Source of the DNA: Moritella sp.
GTDB lineage: Bacteria > Pseudomonadota > Gammaproteobacteria > Enterobacterales > Moritellaceae
Assembly (NCBI RefSeq): GCF_033791185.1
Contig: NZ_JASJHF010000014.1
Location: 46-64,045, forward strand
Reading direction: 5' to 3'
Length of the DNA stretch: 64,000 nucleotides
Made by a program: the position numbers and the translations under genes
Notes under the pieces: model-generated
Told to the model about the DNA's origin: nothing
The model's database searches: none
Seen by the model: the letters and a program-made list of their open reading frames with translations, nothing else
In this document: positions 1-9,686 of the stretch, in pieces
How positions within the stretch are numbered: position 1 is the stretch's first letter
Layout of the letters: each line of letters begins with the position of its first letter

Positions 1-81
1 GAGCAAGCATATAACGCATCTGCGCAAGTGGTGAGTATTTCTCAAAAAATATTTGACACTATTCTGAATGCGGCGAGGTAG
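1..81 (+). CDS. flgK: Flagellar hook-associated protein 1, C-terminal fragment (5' end outside window)
   Basis: Frame 1 reads EQAYNASAQVVSISQKIFDTILNAAR-stop, the typical FlgK C-terminus; lies 5 bp before flgL. Confidence 0.85.
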   Translation, partial: EQAYNASAQVVSISQKIFDTILNAAR

Positions 82-86
82 CAAGT

Positions 87-1322
87 ATGAGGTTAACTAA
101 TAATCAAATGTTTTCGCGATCAATTCAAGATATGTCGCAGACTCAAAAACGTTTGAACTCAGCCCATGCGCAAGTAACTACGCAAGAAAAATTTAAAACT
201 TCGGGCGATGCACCTGCTGAAATAGCGAAGTCGAGTTACTTGAATGATGAAATCAAAAAAAATACCCAATACCAAACGAATAGCTCGATGTTGAAAAGTA
301 CATTAGGTTTGGAAGAGACGACTCTTAATAATTTACACACCGCGATGGAACGTGGGCGAGTGCTTTCTGTTCGAGCATTAAATGGTGCGGTTGGTGAAAA
401 AGATCGACATGCAATTTCGTTAGAAATTGGGCAAGTACAAAAAGAAGTTTTTAGTTTGGTAAATACGAAAAATGCCAATGGCGATTATATTTTTTCTGGA
501 ACTTCTTCGCAATTACAACCGTATATTAAGGATGATCAAACGGGTCTATATACTTATCGTGGTAACGAACAAGATAATAAAATTCAAATCGCTACCAATG
601 TTTACATTGGTAGTGGCGATAATGGTCGGCGAGTCTTTGAATCTTCCCCTGCTCGGTTAACCGTCAACACAAGTAATCTGACTGGGCTTATTACTGCTGC
701 GAAAAGCGAAGTTGTTGATCAAGGTGAATATGATAATTTTCATACTCACAATTATGATCATAATAATCCGGTAAATAATACGTTCAAATTAAACATCATG
801 GCACCGTTAGTTCCTGGTGATAGAGATACTTATGAGATCCAAGATAATTTAAATAACGTACTGCAAAGTGGCTATTTTTCTTCAGATAGAGGTGTTCGCT
901 TTAATGGTGTCAATATTTCGGCACAAGGTTCGTCACCGGGTAGTGTTGATATATCGTTAATGCCAAGTGTTAATACCAATATTCTTAATACGTTAGAGTC
1001 ATTAAAGACTGCATTATCAGACGCTTCATTGGAAAAAGTTGATTTTCGCGAAAGTATGGCTGATGCGCAAGTTGGTATTGAGAATGCACAATATTCAGTA
1101 GTATCAACAATATCAATGATTGGTGGTCGTAATAATACGATCGAACGAGTGAATGAATCAAACTCGTCTTTTAAGATCATTAATCAGGAGGCGATGGCAA
1201 TTCTTACCGAGACAGATCTTGCCGCGGCAATGACTGACCTTACTAAAGAACAAAATATTTTAGAAATGAGTTATAAGTCGTTTAATAAGATCAATGACTT
1301 AAGTTTATTTAATTCAATATAG
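87..1322 (+). CDS. flgL: Flagellar hook-associated protein 3
   Basis: N-terminal MRLTNNQMF...Q, flagellin-like helical termini, C-terminal ...SFNKINDLSLFN; position between flgK and the flagellins. Confidence 0.93.
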   Translation: MRLTNNQMFSRSIQDMSQTQKRLNSAHAQVTTQEKFKTSGDAPAEIAKSSYLNDEIKKNTQYQTNSSMLKSTLGLEETTLNNLHTAMERGRVLSVRALNGAVGEKDRHAISLEIGQVQKEVFSLVNTKNANGDYIFSGTSSQLQPYIKDDQTGLYTYRGNEQDNKIQIATNVYIGSGDNGRRVFESSPARLTVNTSNLTGLITAAKSEVVDQGEYDNFHTHNYDHNNPVNNTFKLNIMAPLVPGDRDTYEIQDNLNNVLQSGYFSSDRGVRFNGVNISAQGSSPGSVDISLMPSVNTNILNTLESLKTALSDASLEKVDFRESMADAQVGIENAQYSVVSTISMIGGRNNTIERVNESNSSFKIINQEAMAILTETDLAAAMTDLTKEQNILEMSYKSFNKINDLSLFNSI

Positions 1323-1325
1323 TAA

Positions 1326-1342
1326 TTGGCACACAACTTGCT
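1326..1342 (+). promoter_or_regulatory. Sigma54 (-24/-12) promoter of flagellin 1
   Basis: TTGGCACACAACTTGCT matches TGGCAC-N5-TTGC exactly, 110 bp upstream of the ATG. Confidence 0.85.
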
Positions 1343-1452
1343 CTTATATTATTAACGGTTAACAAAAAAATTAATTTACAAACTAACATCAAGCAAGAAC
1401 TACACATTCATTATGTTATTGCTTAATAAAGTTACATACAGAGGGAATAGAA

Positions 1453-2277
1453 ATGGCTATATATGTAAATACTAATGTTGCATCTTTAAATTCACAACGT
1501 AATTTATCGAACTCAACGAATGAACTGCAAACATCATTTGAACGTTTATCTTCAGGTAAACGTATCAATTCAGCTGCAGATGATGCGGCTGGCTTACAAA
1601 TTGGTTCTCGTTTAGAAGCACAAGTTAACGGCCTAAATCAAGGTGCTCGAAATGCTAATGATGGCATCTCAATGGCACAAACTGCTGAAGGTGCATTAGA
1701 CGAAACAACGAACATGTTACAACGTATGCGTGTTCTTTCAATTCAATCTGCGAATGGTTCAAACAGTGCCGAAGATCGTAGCGCGTTAAATAAAGAATTT
1801 GGTCAACTTCAAAATGAAATCGACCGTGTAGCACAAGACACAACGTTTGGTGGCGAGACGTTACTTGATTCATCGTTTAATAATAATTTTCAAGTTGGTG
1901 CTGATGCTAACCAAATTATTAATGTTAAAATTACGACAAACATGAATTCACTTGGTTTGGGTGTTGGTACTGCAACGTCTAACATCCTAACTTCGGCAGG
2001 CGCTCAAACGGCAATCGACTCTTTAGATACTGCGATCGCATCAGTAACCGATATTCGAGGCGACTTGGGTGCGAAGCAAAATCGTTTCTCATCAACAATT
2101 CGTAACTTAAGTAATATTTCTGAGAATGTATCGGCATCTAAATCACGTATTATGGATGCTGACTTTGCTGCTGAATCTGCGCAGCTAGCGCAAAACCAAG
2201 TATCACAGCAAGCTGCAAGTACAATGCTAAGTCAAGCAAATCAGCAGTCTCAAGTTGCTATGTCATTATTAGGCTAA
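1453..2277 (+). CDS. fliC: Flagellin 1 (short, 274 aa)
   Basis: [52 protein letters not shown] flagellin motifs. Confidence 0.97.
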   Translation: MAIYVNTNVASLNSQRNLSNSTNELQTSFERLSSGKRINSAADDAAGLQIGSRLEAQVNGLNQGARNANDGISMAQTAEGALDETTNMLQRMRVLSIQSANGSNSAEDRSALNKEFGQLQNEIDRVAQDTTFGGETLLDSSFNNNFQVGADANQIINVKITTNMNSLGLGVGTATSNILTSAGAQTAIDSLDTAIASVTDIRGDLGAKQNRFSSTIRNLSNISENVSASKSRIMDADFAAESAQLAQNQVSQQAASTMLSQANQQSQVAMSLLG

Positions 2278-2528
2278 GAGGGTGGGCTCCCTCTGCCCCC
2301 TCTGGCCCTTTTTGGGCCGCCTAATATATTGCTTTTACCTATGTCCTTATCGCTAAGCCCTGTCTAAGCGTATAGGTAAAAGTATTATTTTTATTCCCTA
2401 TTTTTAATCACTTCTTCTTAGTTTATCTTTCTGGCTATTCTTGTTTCTATCTGCATCTATTACTGCTCCATTAGGAGCCCTCAGTAACGGAGCATTATGT
2501 TACAGGAATTATGCTCCGGCAAATTGAC

Positions 2529-2542
2529 GGCAAATTTTTGAC
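2529..2542. promoter_or_regulatory. Putative FleQ/FlrA-type enhancer box
   Basis: GGCAAATTTTTGAC resembles the GTCA-N6-TGAC FleQ palindrome (one mismatch in the arms), about 100 bp upstream of a sigma54 promoter. Confidence 0.4.
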
Positions 2543-2641
2543 TTGGTTAAAATAAATCGAAGCCGGGATTGATATATTCTAGTGGTGAGTATTTTAATTA
2601 ATTAAAAACAGAGGCTTACATATTTTTTGTTGTTTTATCTC

Positions 2642-2658
2642 TTGGCTTATATATTGCA
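2642..2658 (+). promoter_or_regulatory. Sigma54 promoter of flagellin 2
   Basis: TTGGCTTATATATTGCA with correct GG-N10-GC spacing, about 50 bp before the GTG start. Confidence 0.7.
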
Positions 2659-2709
2659 TTAAAAATAAGATATGAATTTTAACTTTAAATCAGCAGAAGG
2701 GAAGATACA

Positions 2710-3537
2710 GTGGCCTTATATGTAAATACAAATGTAGCATCATTAAATTCACAGCGTAATTTGACGACCTCTACAAATGCGTTGCAAACATCATTTGAGC
2801 GGCTATCGTCTGGTAAACGTATTAACTCTGCTGCTGATGATGCCGCAGGACTACAGATCGGTTCTCGTTTAGAGTCTCAGATAAACGGCTTGAATCAAGC
2901 TTCACGTAATGCTAATGACGGTATTTCATTAGCGCAAACAGCTGAAGGTGCACTCGACGAAACAACCAACATGTTGCAACGTATGCGGGTATTATCAATT
3001 CAATCTGGTAATGGTTCAAACAATGATGCAGATCGTGGCGTACTTAATAGAGAATACAGTCAGTTGCAAGAAGAGATGAACCGGATTGCGTATGATACAA
3101 CGTTTGGTGGCTTAAATTTACTTGATGCGAGTTTCAATCGAGATTTTCAAATTGGTTCGGATGCGAATCAAATTATTAATGTTAAAATTACCACCAATAT
3201 GGATGCATTAGGCTTAGGCGTTGGTACTGCAACATCTAATATTTTAACAGAAGCTAATGCGCAAATATCGATTGCAAGTTTAGATGCCGCAATTGCTAAA
3301 GTCACTGAAACTCGAGGTGATCTTGGTGCTAAGCAAAACCGTTTTTCATCAACAATCCGTAATTTGTCTAATATTTCAGAAAATGTATCTACGTCTAAAT
3401 CGCGTATTATGGATGCAGATTTTGCTGCTGAATCAGCTAAAATGGCACAAAATCAAGTCTCACAACAAGCTGCAAGTACGATGCTTAGTCAAGCAAATCA
3501 GCAATCACAAGTAGCGATGACGTTGCTACAAGGTTAA
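2710..3537 (+). CDS. fliC: Flagellin 2 (275 aa, GTG start)
   Basis: Same conserved flagellin N- and C-terminal motifs; purine-rich GAAGGGAAG upstream. Confidence 0.97.
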   Translation: MALYVNTNVASLNSQRNLTTSTNALQTSFERLSSGKRINSAADDAAGLQIGSRLESQINGLNQASRNANDGISLAQTAEGALDETTNMLQRMRVLSIQSGNGSNNDADRGVLNREYSQLQEEMNRIAYDTTFGGLNLLDASFNRDFQIGSDANQIINVKITTNMDALGLGVGTATSNILTEANAQISIASLDAAIAKVTETRGDLGAKQNRFSSTIRNLSNISENVSTSKSRIMDADFAAESAKMAQNQVSQQAASTMLSQANQQSQVAMTLLQG

Positions 3538-3549
3538 CCTGATAATTAT

Positions 3550-3569
3550 TTTGGCTCGAGAGAGCCAAA
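3550..3569 (+). terminator. Stem-loop after flagellin 2
   Basis: TTTGGCTC-GAGA-GAGCCAAA, 8 bp stem with GNRA loop; weak U tract. Confidence 0.5.
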
Positions 3570-3761
3570 TAGCATTCCTTCCTTTCTAGTACTACTTGTT
3601 TACTCTGCATTAAGCCTACTATATTTCTGTATTCCCTATGCTAATCAGTCGTCTACTCTGTATTTTGTAAAATATAAACCTCATAAGTTGTTGAAAGTTA
3701 AGTGTTATATTTTATGTGTTTGTTTTTTTTGAAAATAAACTGAAAAAAATCAAAATAACCC

Positions 3762-3788
3762 TAAAGGATGTATTTTTAGGGTCGATAA
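3762..3788 (+). promoter_or_regulatory. Sigma28 (FliA) promoter of flagellin 3
   Basis: TAAA-N15-GTCGATAA (consensus TAAA-N15-GCCGATAA). Confidence 0.85.
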
Positions 3789-3879
3789 CTTTTATGACAA
3801 TACAAATAACCGATTATGAATAAGGGCTGTATTTTACATACACAGCAGTCCTTTACAGGATTTCTTTTAGGAGACGAAT

Positions 3880-4701
3880 ATGGCTGTTTATGTAAACACT
3901 AATGTAGCATCTTTAAACTCACAACGTAATTTGAGCAACGCTACCAATGAGCTACAAACCTCTTTCCAACGTTTATCATCTGGTAAACGCATCAATAGCG
4001 CTGCTGATGATGCTGCTGGTTTACAAATTGGTTCTCGTTTAGAGGCTCAAGTGGGTGGTTTAAACCAAGCATCACGAAATGCAAATGACGGTATTTCACT
4101 CGCGCAAACAGCCGAAGGTGCATTAGACGAAACAACGAATATGCTACAACGTATGCGTGTACTTTCAATTCAATCTGCCAATGGTTCGAATAGTGACGCT
4201 GACCGTAACGCACTGCAATCAGAGTTTAATGAATTGCAAACTGAAATCACCCGTGTATCAACAGATACAACATTCGGTGGTAAAAAACTGCTTGATGGTT
4301 CATATGATGAACAGATTCAAGTTGGTGCTGATTCTAACCAAGTTATTGCATTGAAAATGACTTCAGGTATGGATTCAACGACATTAGGTGTGGGCAGTGC
4401 TGCTGCTAACATTTCAACTGCAGCAGGTGCGCAGGCGTCAATTGATCTACTTGATACAGCAATTCAATCGGTAACGGGTACGCGTGCTGATCTTGGTGCG
4501 AAACAAAACCGTTTCTCATCAACAATCCGTAACATTTCGAATATTTCAGAAAATGTATCGGCATCTAAATCTCGTATTGTTGACACCGATTTTGCGGCTG
4601 AATCAGCTAAAATGGCTCAAACTCAAGTGCAACAACAAGCGGCAAGTTCGATGCTAAGCCAGGCTAACCAAACATCACAAGTAGCTTTATCACTACTGTA
4701 A
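3880..4701 (+). CDS. fliC: Flagellin 3 (273 aa)
   Basis: Flagellin motifs; AGGAG SD upstream; followed by flaG-fliD-fliS. Confidence 0.97.
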   Translation: MAVYVNTNVASLNSQRNLSNATNELQTSFQRLSSGKRINSAADDAAGLQIGSRLEAQVGGLNQASRNANDGISLAQTAEGALDETTNMLQRMRVLSIQSANGSNSDADRNALQSEFNELQTEITRVSTDTTFGGKKLLDGSYDEQIQVGADSNQVIALKMTSGMDSTTLGVGSAAANISTAAGAQASIDLLDTAIQSVTGTRADLGAKQNRFSSTIRNISNISENVSASKSRIVDTDFAAESAKMAQTQVQQQAASSMLSQANQTSQVALSLL

Positions 4702-4718
4702 TCATTTCGGTTTATTTT

Positions 4719-4739
4719 TGCCCTGCACCTTGCGGGGCA
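4719..4739 (+). terminator. Stem-loop between flagellin 3 and flaG
   Basis: TGCCCTGCA-CCT-TGCGGGGCA followed by TTTT. Confidence 0.5.
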
Positions 4740-4760
4740 TTTTAGTCTTTGGGGGTTACT

Positions 4761-5174
4761 ATGTCCATTGATAACAATGTGGATAATAAGAGCGTTCGTG
4801 TTTATCCTGACCCTATAGTGACAAAAGAACCTGTCATTACCAATCCTGCCGTTTTAATTTCACCTGTCGATAAGCCTTTACCTGAAAATAATCCATTATC
4901 TAAACCAGAATTGGCCAGTAATGTAGATTTGGAACAAAATTTGCAAGAGGCAAAGGATACGCTGCAAACGCATTTTGATGTTAATAACAAAAAGCTAAAC
5001 TTTAGTGTTCATGGTGACACTGGCCGTCTGGTTGTTAAAGTGGTTGATCCCGAGAGTGGAGAAATACTTAAAGAGCTGCCGTCAGAAGCGGTATTAAAGA
5101 TGGCAACTGACATTGAAAAGTTTCAGGACAATATATCTGCTAGTTCAGGTCTCTTATTTGATGAGATGGTTTGA
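4761..5174 (+). CDS. flaG: Flagellar protein FlaG (ATG at 4761 preferred over TTG at 4749)
   Basis: LNFSVHGDTGRLVVKVVDPESGEILKELPSE motif and C-terminal GLLFDEMV; canonical position. Confidence 0.9.
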   Translation: MSIDNNVDNKSVRVYPDPIVTKEPVITNPAVLISPVDKPLPENNPLSKPELASNVDLEQNLQEAKDTLQTHFDVNNKKLNFSVHGDTGRLVVKVVDPESGEILKELPSEAVLKMATDIEKFQDNISASSGLLFDEMV

Positions 5175-5206
5175 TTAACATAGCGTGATAAAATAGTCGG
5201 ATGTTT

Positions 5207-5238
5207 AGTACGATAGGCAATTTTTTGCCTATCGTACT
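5207..5238. other. Perfect 14-bp inverted repeat between flaG and fliD
   Basis: AGTACGATAGGCAA-TTTT-TTGCCTATCGTACT. Confidence 0.8.
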
Positions 5239-5264
5239 GCTATTGATGAAAATTAAGGATACGC

Positions 5265-6659
5265 ATGGCCGGTATTACGATGGCAGGTTCAGGTTCTGGA
5301 TTAGATCTAGAAACGATCATTTCAACATTTGTTACTGCTGAAAAAACGCCAAAAGAAACACGCTTGAATAAAAAAGAAACCAACCTTACAACAGAGTTAT
5401 CTGGTGTTGGTACTTTAAAAGCGGGTTTGGCCGATTTTAAGGTAATTACAGGCATATTGGGTAATCCGGACTCTTTTTATCAAAGTAAAACCAATATTAA
5501 CTATCAAGGTCGTGATGTTGAGCAAACAACGGCGGGTGGTGCTGGTGATAGCGCCGCTTTACCCATCACTATTCAGACTAAAGGTGTGGTACCAAAAGGT
5601 GCATTTGATGTTGAAGTTAAGCAACTTGCACAGGGTGCACGATTAGAATCTGACTTTTTACCCAGCCGCGAGACTAAACCGGGACAGGGGATGCTGTATT
5701 TTGATGCCGGTAAAGATACTTTCCAAGTGGATGTTAATATTAATGATACTTTGCAAAGCATTCAAAAAAAAATTAACGATGCGCCTGACAATTACGGTAT
5801 TAGTGCCAATGTCATTAGTTCTGATCTCGGTGCTAAAATAGTCTATACCTCAGATAAAAGCGGTAAAGCAAATGATTTAGCTGTATTCACTTCTGATTCA
5901 AGTTTGAATATCATTTCATCTGGAATGAAAGGTCCCCCTGCTACTGATGCGATAATTACGGTTGATGGAAACACCATAACCAAAGATACTAATATCTTTA
6001 GTCATGCGGTATCTGGGGTTACGATCACTGCCAATAGTTTGACTAAGCTGAACGAGCCTGCCAATTTTTCAACATCGACAGATCATGCTGCGGTTCAAGA
6101 ACTCGTTTATGGTTTTGTCGATGGTTATAATACCTTGATGTCTAGTATCAATGAATTGACCCACCCTGAGACCGGTATTTTGAAGTTTGATTCAAGTGCA
6201 AGAAGTATCAAGCAACAACTTCAGAGTATTACCGGCGGCGTAGTTGATGGTGCTAATAAGCGTCTCAACACCTTATACGGTGCGGGTATCTCATTAGAAG
6301 AGGGTGGGATGCTAGCTGTTAATCCATTTGGAATGGGTGGTGCTAAATCGGGCGCTGAACGTTTAAATGACGCAGTTAATAACTCATTAGATGATCTTGG
6401 CAAACTTTTTGCAGGTGATAACGGTATTGCGGCACAAGTGAATCGCGTGTTGGCAAACAATTTGAGCAATAAGGGCATGATCTCTCAGCAAGAAAACATG
6501 TTGAGTGAAAATTTACGCGATATTGGTGATGATCGGGCTAAATTAGATCGTCATATCACCTCGTTTGAAGATACATTACGAAAGAAATATACCGCCTTAG
6601 ATAATACGGTCACACGTTATAATGCCACCGGTGATTACATTCGGAATGTATTAGGTTAA
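5265..6659 (+). CDS. fliD: Flagellar filament cap protein
   Basis: GSGSGLDLETIISTFVTAE N-terminus; C-terminal LRKKYTALDNTVTRYN; position before fliS. Confidence 0.93.
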   Translation: MAGITMAGSGSGLDLETIISTFVTAEKTPKETRLNKKETNLTTELSGVGTLKAGLADFKVITGILGNPDSFYQSKTNINYQGRDVEQTTAGGAGDSAALPITIQTKGVVPKGAFDVEVKQLAQGARLESDFLPSRETKPGQGMLYFDAGKDTFQVDVNINDTLQSIQKKINDAPDNYGISANVISSDLGAKIVYTSDKSGKANDLAVFTSDSSLNIISSGMKGPPATDAIITVDGNTITKDTNIFSHAVSGVTITANSLTKLNEPANFSTSTDHAAVQELVYGFVDGYNTLMSSINELTHPETGILKFDSSARSIKQQLQSITGGVVDGANKRLNTLYGAGISLEEGGMLAVNPFGMGGAKSGAERLNDAVNNSLDDLGKLFAGDNGIAAQVNRVLANNLSNKGMISQQENMLSENLRDIGDDRAKLDRHITSFEDTLRKKYTALDNTVTRYNATGDYIRNVLG

Positions 6660-6708
6660 TCATATTATTCTTCGGTATTTAAATACATTAATAGTTAGGT
6701 AAAAAAAC

Positions 6709-7131
6709 ATGAGAGCTAATATAAGACGTTATCAGCAAGTAAGCCGAGAAAGCGGTATTGCTAGCGCTGATAACCACCAAGTGATTTTTATGTTGTTACA
6801 GGGATTGTTGGATTCTGTAGCTGTAGCAAAAGGCTGCATTTTACGTAAAGATATTGAAGGTAGAGCGAAAGCAATTAACAAATCAATCAATATTACATCG
6901 GGTTTAATTGATGGTATTAATCATAAGGTTCATCCGGAGATTGGTGAAAACTTTGATGCGCTATACCGCTATATACAATTGCGTTTAAATGATGCGGCAT
7001 TAGAGCAGTCAGTAGAACCATTAGATGAAATTACTACATTAATAACACCGATTAAAGACGCGTGGATAAACATCCCTCAAGCAGAAAAAGAAAAAGCGGA
7101 ATTAGTTCGAAAGCAAGCTAACGGTGCTTAA
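6709..7131 (+). CDS. fliS: Flagellin export chaperone
   Basis: ASADNHQVIFMLLQG, ENFDALYRYI, IKDAW FliS motifs. Confidence 0.92.
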   Translation: MRANIRRYQQVSRESGIASADNHQVIFMLLQGLLDSVAVAKGCILRKDIEGRAKAINKSINITSGLIDGINHKVHPEIGENFDALYRYIQLRLNDAALEQSVEPLDEITTLITPIKDAWINIPQAEKEKAELVRKQANGA

Positions 7132-7451
7132 TGATGGATATTACTGACGTTGACTTGATGAGCCAAATATCGGCACTTTCTGCGCAAGCAAAGCAAGCGG
7201 TGATAGAAGATAAGTTGAGTCAATGTGATCAACTATTAATACAACGTCAGATTTTAATTGAGCAGTTAGTTATACTCGCAAACCCTGCTCAATGCCCCTG
7301 TACACATGCTTTTCTAACCCAATTAATGACTGATGATCAAACCCAAGTTACAGCACTAAAAAGATCAAAATCAGTCCTTGAATCCCAGCAAGTTACCAAT
7401 CGGCGTAGTGCTAAATCTATTAATCGGTACCTTACTATTAAACAGTTTTAG
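7131..7451 (+). CDS. fliT: FliT-like small helical flagellar protein
   Basis: 106 aa, helical, translationally coupled to fliS; assignment mainly positional. Confidence 0.6.
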   Translation: MMDITDVDLMSQISALSAQAKQAVIEDKLSQCDQLLIQRQILIEQLVILANPAQCPCTHAFLTQLMTDDQTQVTALKRSKSVLESQQVTNRRSAKSINRYLTIKQF

Positions 7452-7460
7452 GTTGTAATT

Positions 7461-9572
7461 ATGGACTCTTTAAATCTCGACATTAGCGCACAAATAGCCA
7501 CGTTAGAGGCGCAGCAGCAGCAGCGTAAAAAGCAGGTAAGCCTAGCGCATGCCATTGATGCCATTAATGCTAGAACACAACCTATAGCTGATCCAATGGC
7601 CTTATATAGTGCCAATATGCAGGCTTTTAAGCAGTATATTCCCGATGTTCATCAGTCTTTTGTTAATTACCAGCCGAGTAAGTTTGAATTAGCACATGTT
7701 GGTGATGCTTTGCACTTAGTCGATGTTGATAATAACCTAGTGCTGGGCGAGAATTATTTTCACGATAGCCTGATTGATTTTGAGCAATACCGTATTAATC
7801 CGCAGTTGGCGCGTATTGACTTTGAAGAAGAAATTAACAGCGTTGGCGATTTTATTCATGTTAAATACCTCAACCAATTTATTCGTGCATTAAAGGGGAT
7901 TAACCAAAAACATAAAGCCGAATTCGTGTTGCCGGAAGCGGTTAACATGATGGTATTCTTTGGTTTAGGTTTAGGTTACTTCTTACCTGAAATGCTCGAT
8001 AAGCACAGTGTTAAACGGTTATATATCTATGAACCTGAAAATGACTTCTTTTATGCAAGTCTGTTTACGTTAGATTGGGCCAGTATTTTACAACGTCTTG
8101 ATGAAAGTGGCAGTAGTTTGCACTTGTGTCTGGGCGCTGACGAAGAGTTATTCTTTAATGATATCTCGCATGAATTAATGGTTAAAGGACGTTATGATTC
8201 AACGTTCAGCTTTTGCTATCAGCATTATGAAACCGAACAAACGAATAGTGCATTAGAAAAATTCAATCAGCAGAACTTTCACATAGCCTTTGGGTTAGGC
8301 TTCTTTGATGATAGTTTACTGGCGCTCGCACACCAATATCATACCCTGAATCAACACATACCGTTACTTGCGGATGTTGAACCGTTACCTGAATGTGAAA
8401 CCCGTTCGGTATTTATCTTGGGGAATGGTCCGTCACTTGATGAACATATAGAGTTCATTCGAGCGCATCGTGACAAGGTATTACTGGTGAGTGGTGGGAC
8501 GACAATTAGGGCGCTACAGCAATACGGAATTACCCCTGATTTCCATTTGGAAATGGAGCGTACTAAGGTTACTTATACCGTATTAAAGTCGGTTGATGAC
8601 GATGAATATTTAAAATCAATTCCGTTACTGACCCTAAATACCATCACGCCTGATGTGACCAATTTATTTGATCGAAAATTGATGGGCATGAAACTGCAAG
8701 AACCATCAACTGAGATCATTACCAATCCGAAATTAGGTTGTGACAGTGACAATCTAACGACATTAATATTTGCTAATCCAACCGTATCTAACTTGGCACT
8801 GTCATACTTTACCCGAATGGGTTTCAAAAATATTTACTTGTTTGGTGTTGATCTTGGTTTTGCGGGTAAAGCCCATCACAGTAAAAAAAGTATTTACTAT
8901 AACCAGTCTGGCGAAGATAAGTTATTGTTTAATAAGAAAGAATTATCTAGCTTTGTGTCCTCTGGTAACCATGCCGAGGAAGTCGAAACGACGATGATTT
9001 TCCAAATGTCAGGCAAAGGTATGGGTGAGTTATTAGCCTACTATCCAGAAGTGAAATGCTATAATTTGGGTAGTGGTATTAAGATCGAAAATACCATACC
9101 AACTTACCAAGAAGATGTTGTATTGACAGACGAGGTGTTTGATAAAGCCGAATTTGTTGATCGCATGTTGGCACATTACTCTGCGGATACACAAGTATTA
9201 GCTAAGCAATACAGTGCTATTTTAGAACAAGATATTTTTGCTGATTTTGTCGATAAGATGATCGCTTTGATTAAATCACCGATTGTCACTCGTTACGATG
9301 CATTAGAGCAACTTCATCAGCAACTTAAGTTATTAAATAGTCAGTATAATACCAAGCATGCCTTTTTAGTGGAGTTATTAAACGGTACCCTACAGCACTG
9401 CCATGCGGCATTAATTAAAATGTTGCTCTTGCCTGCATCCCCTGAGCAAGGCTTAATTTACTATCAACAGGGCCTCGATATTTTTATTAACTACCTAGAA
9501 GCAGCAAAGGTGAAATATCAGCGAGAACTCTTTGAAGTAGATCAAACCGATGTGTCAGGTTTTTGGAAATAG
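7461..9572 (+). CDS. maf: Motility-associated factor (Maf/DUF115) flagellin glycosyltransferase
   Basis: FFGLGLGY, YIYEPE, ILGNGPSLD, GITPDFHLEMER, IYLFGVDLGF...HH motifs; adjacent to the flagellins. Confidence 0.85.
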   Translation: MDSLNLDISAQIATLEAQQQQRKKQVSLAHAIDAINARTQPIADPMALYSANMQAFKQYIPDVHQSFVNYQPSKFELAHVGDALHLVDVDNNLVLGENYFHDSLIDFEQYRINPQLARIDFEEEINSVGDFIHVKYLNQFIRALKGINQKHKAEFVLPEAVNMMVFFGLGLGYFLPEMLDKHSVKRLYIYEPENDFFYASLFTLDWASILQRLDESGSSLHLCLGADEELFFNDISHELMVKGRYDSTFSFCYQHYETEQTNSALEKFNQQNFHIAFGLGFFDDSLLALAHQYHTLNQHIPLLADVEPLPECETRSVFILGNGPSLDEHIEFIRAHRDKVLLVSGGTTIRALQQYGITPDFHLEMERTKVTYTVLKSVDDDEYLKSIPLLTLNTITPDVTNLFDRKLMGMKLQEPSTEIITNPKLGCDSDNLTTLIFANPTVSNLALSYFTRMGFKNIYLFGVDLGFAGKAHHSKKSIYYNQSGEDKLLFNKKELSSFVSSGNHAEEVETTMIFQMSGKGMGELLAYYPEVKCYNLGSGIKIENTIPTYQEDVVLTDEVFDKAEFVDRMLAHYSADTQVLAKQYSAILEQDIFADFVDKMIALIKSPIVTRYDALEQLHQQLKLLNSQYNTKHAFLVELLNGTLQHCHAALIKMLLLPASPEQGLIYYQQGLDIFINYLEAAKVKYQRELFEVDQTDVSGFWK

Positions 9573-9686
9573 CGGGATGCTGCTGTGTTAAGCAAATTTC
9601 GGTAAGAAAAATGAAAGTGGGCTGATAAGGCTGCATCTTACTATTATTTAGGTATATAATTATAAGCCACTCAGACTGTTTGGCTT

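Noticed and set aside
2510-2545. Repeated CGGCAAATT suggesting a c-di-GMP-I (GEMM) riboswitch
   Set aside because: Lacks the GNRA-capped P2, the GACGCAAAGC core and P3; also lies upstream of the predicted sigma54 start site
1453-4701. Repeated sequence blocks as a mobile element or CRISPR-like array
   Set aside because: Fully explained by flagellin paralogy; no transposase, terminal repeats or spacer pattern anywhere in the window
5211-5230. Possible sigma54 promoter TAGGCAATTTTTTGC before fliD
   Set aside because: GG-to-GC spacing is 9 rather than the required 10; the sequence is explained by the hairpin
7512-7524. (CAG)4 run in maf as a phase-variation tract
   Set aside because: Short, in-frame triplet; no homopolymer tract like those in Campylobacter maf genes
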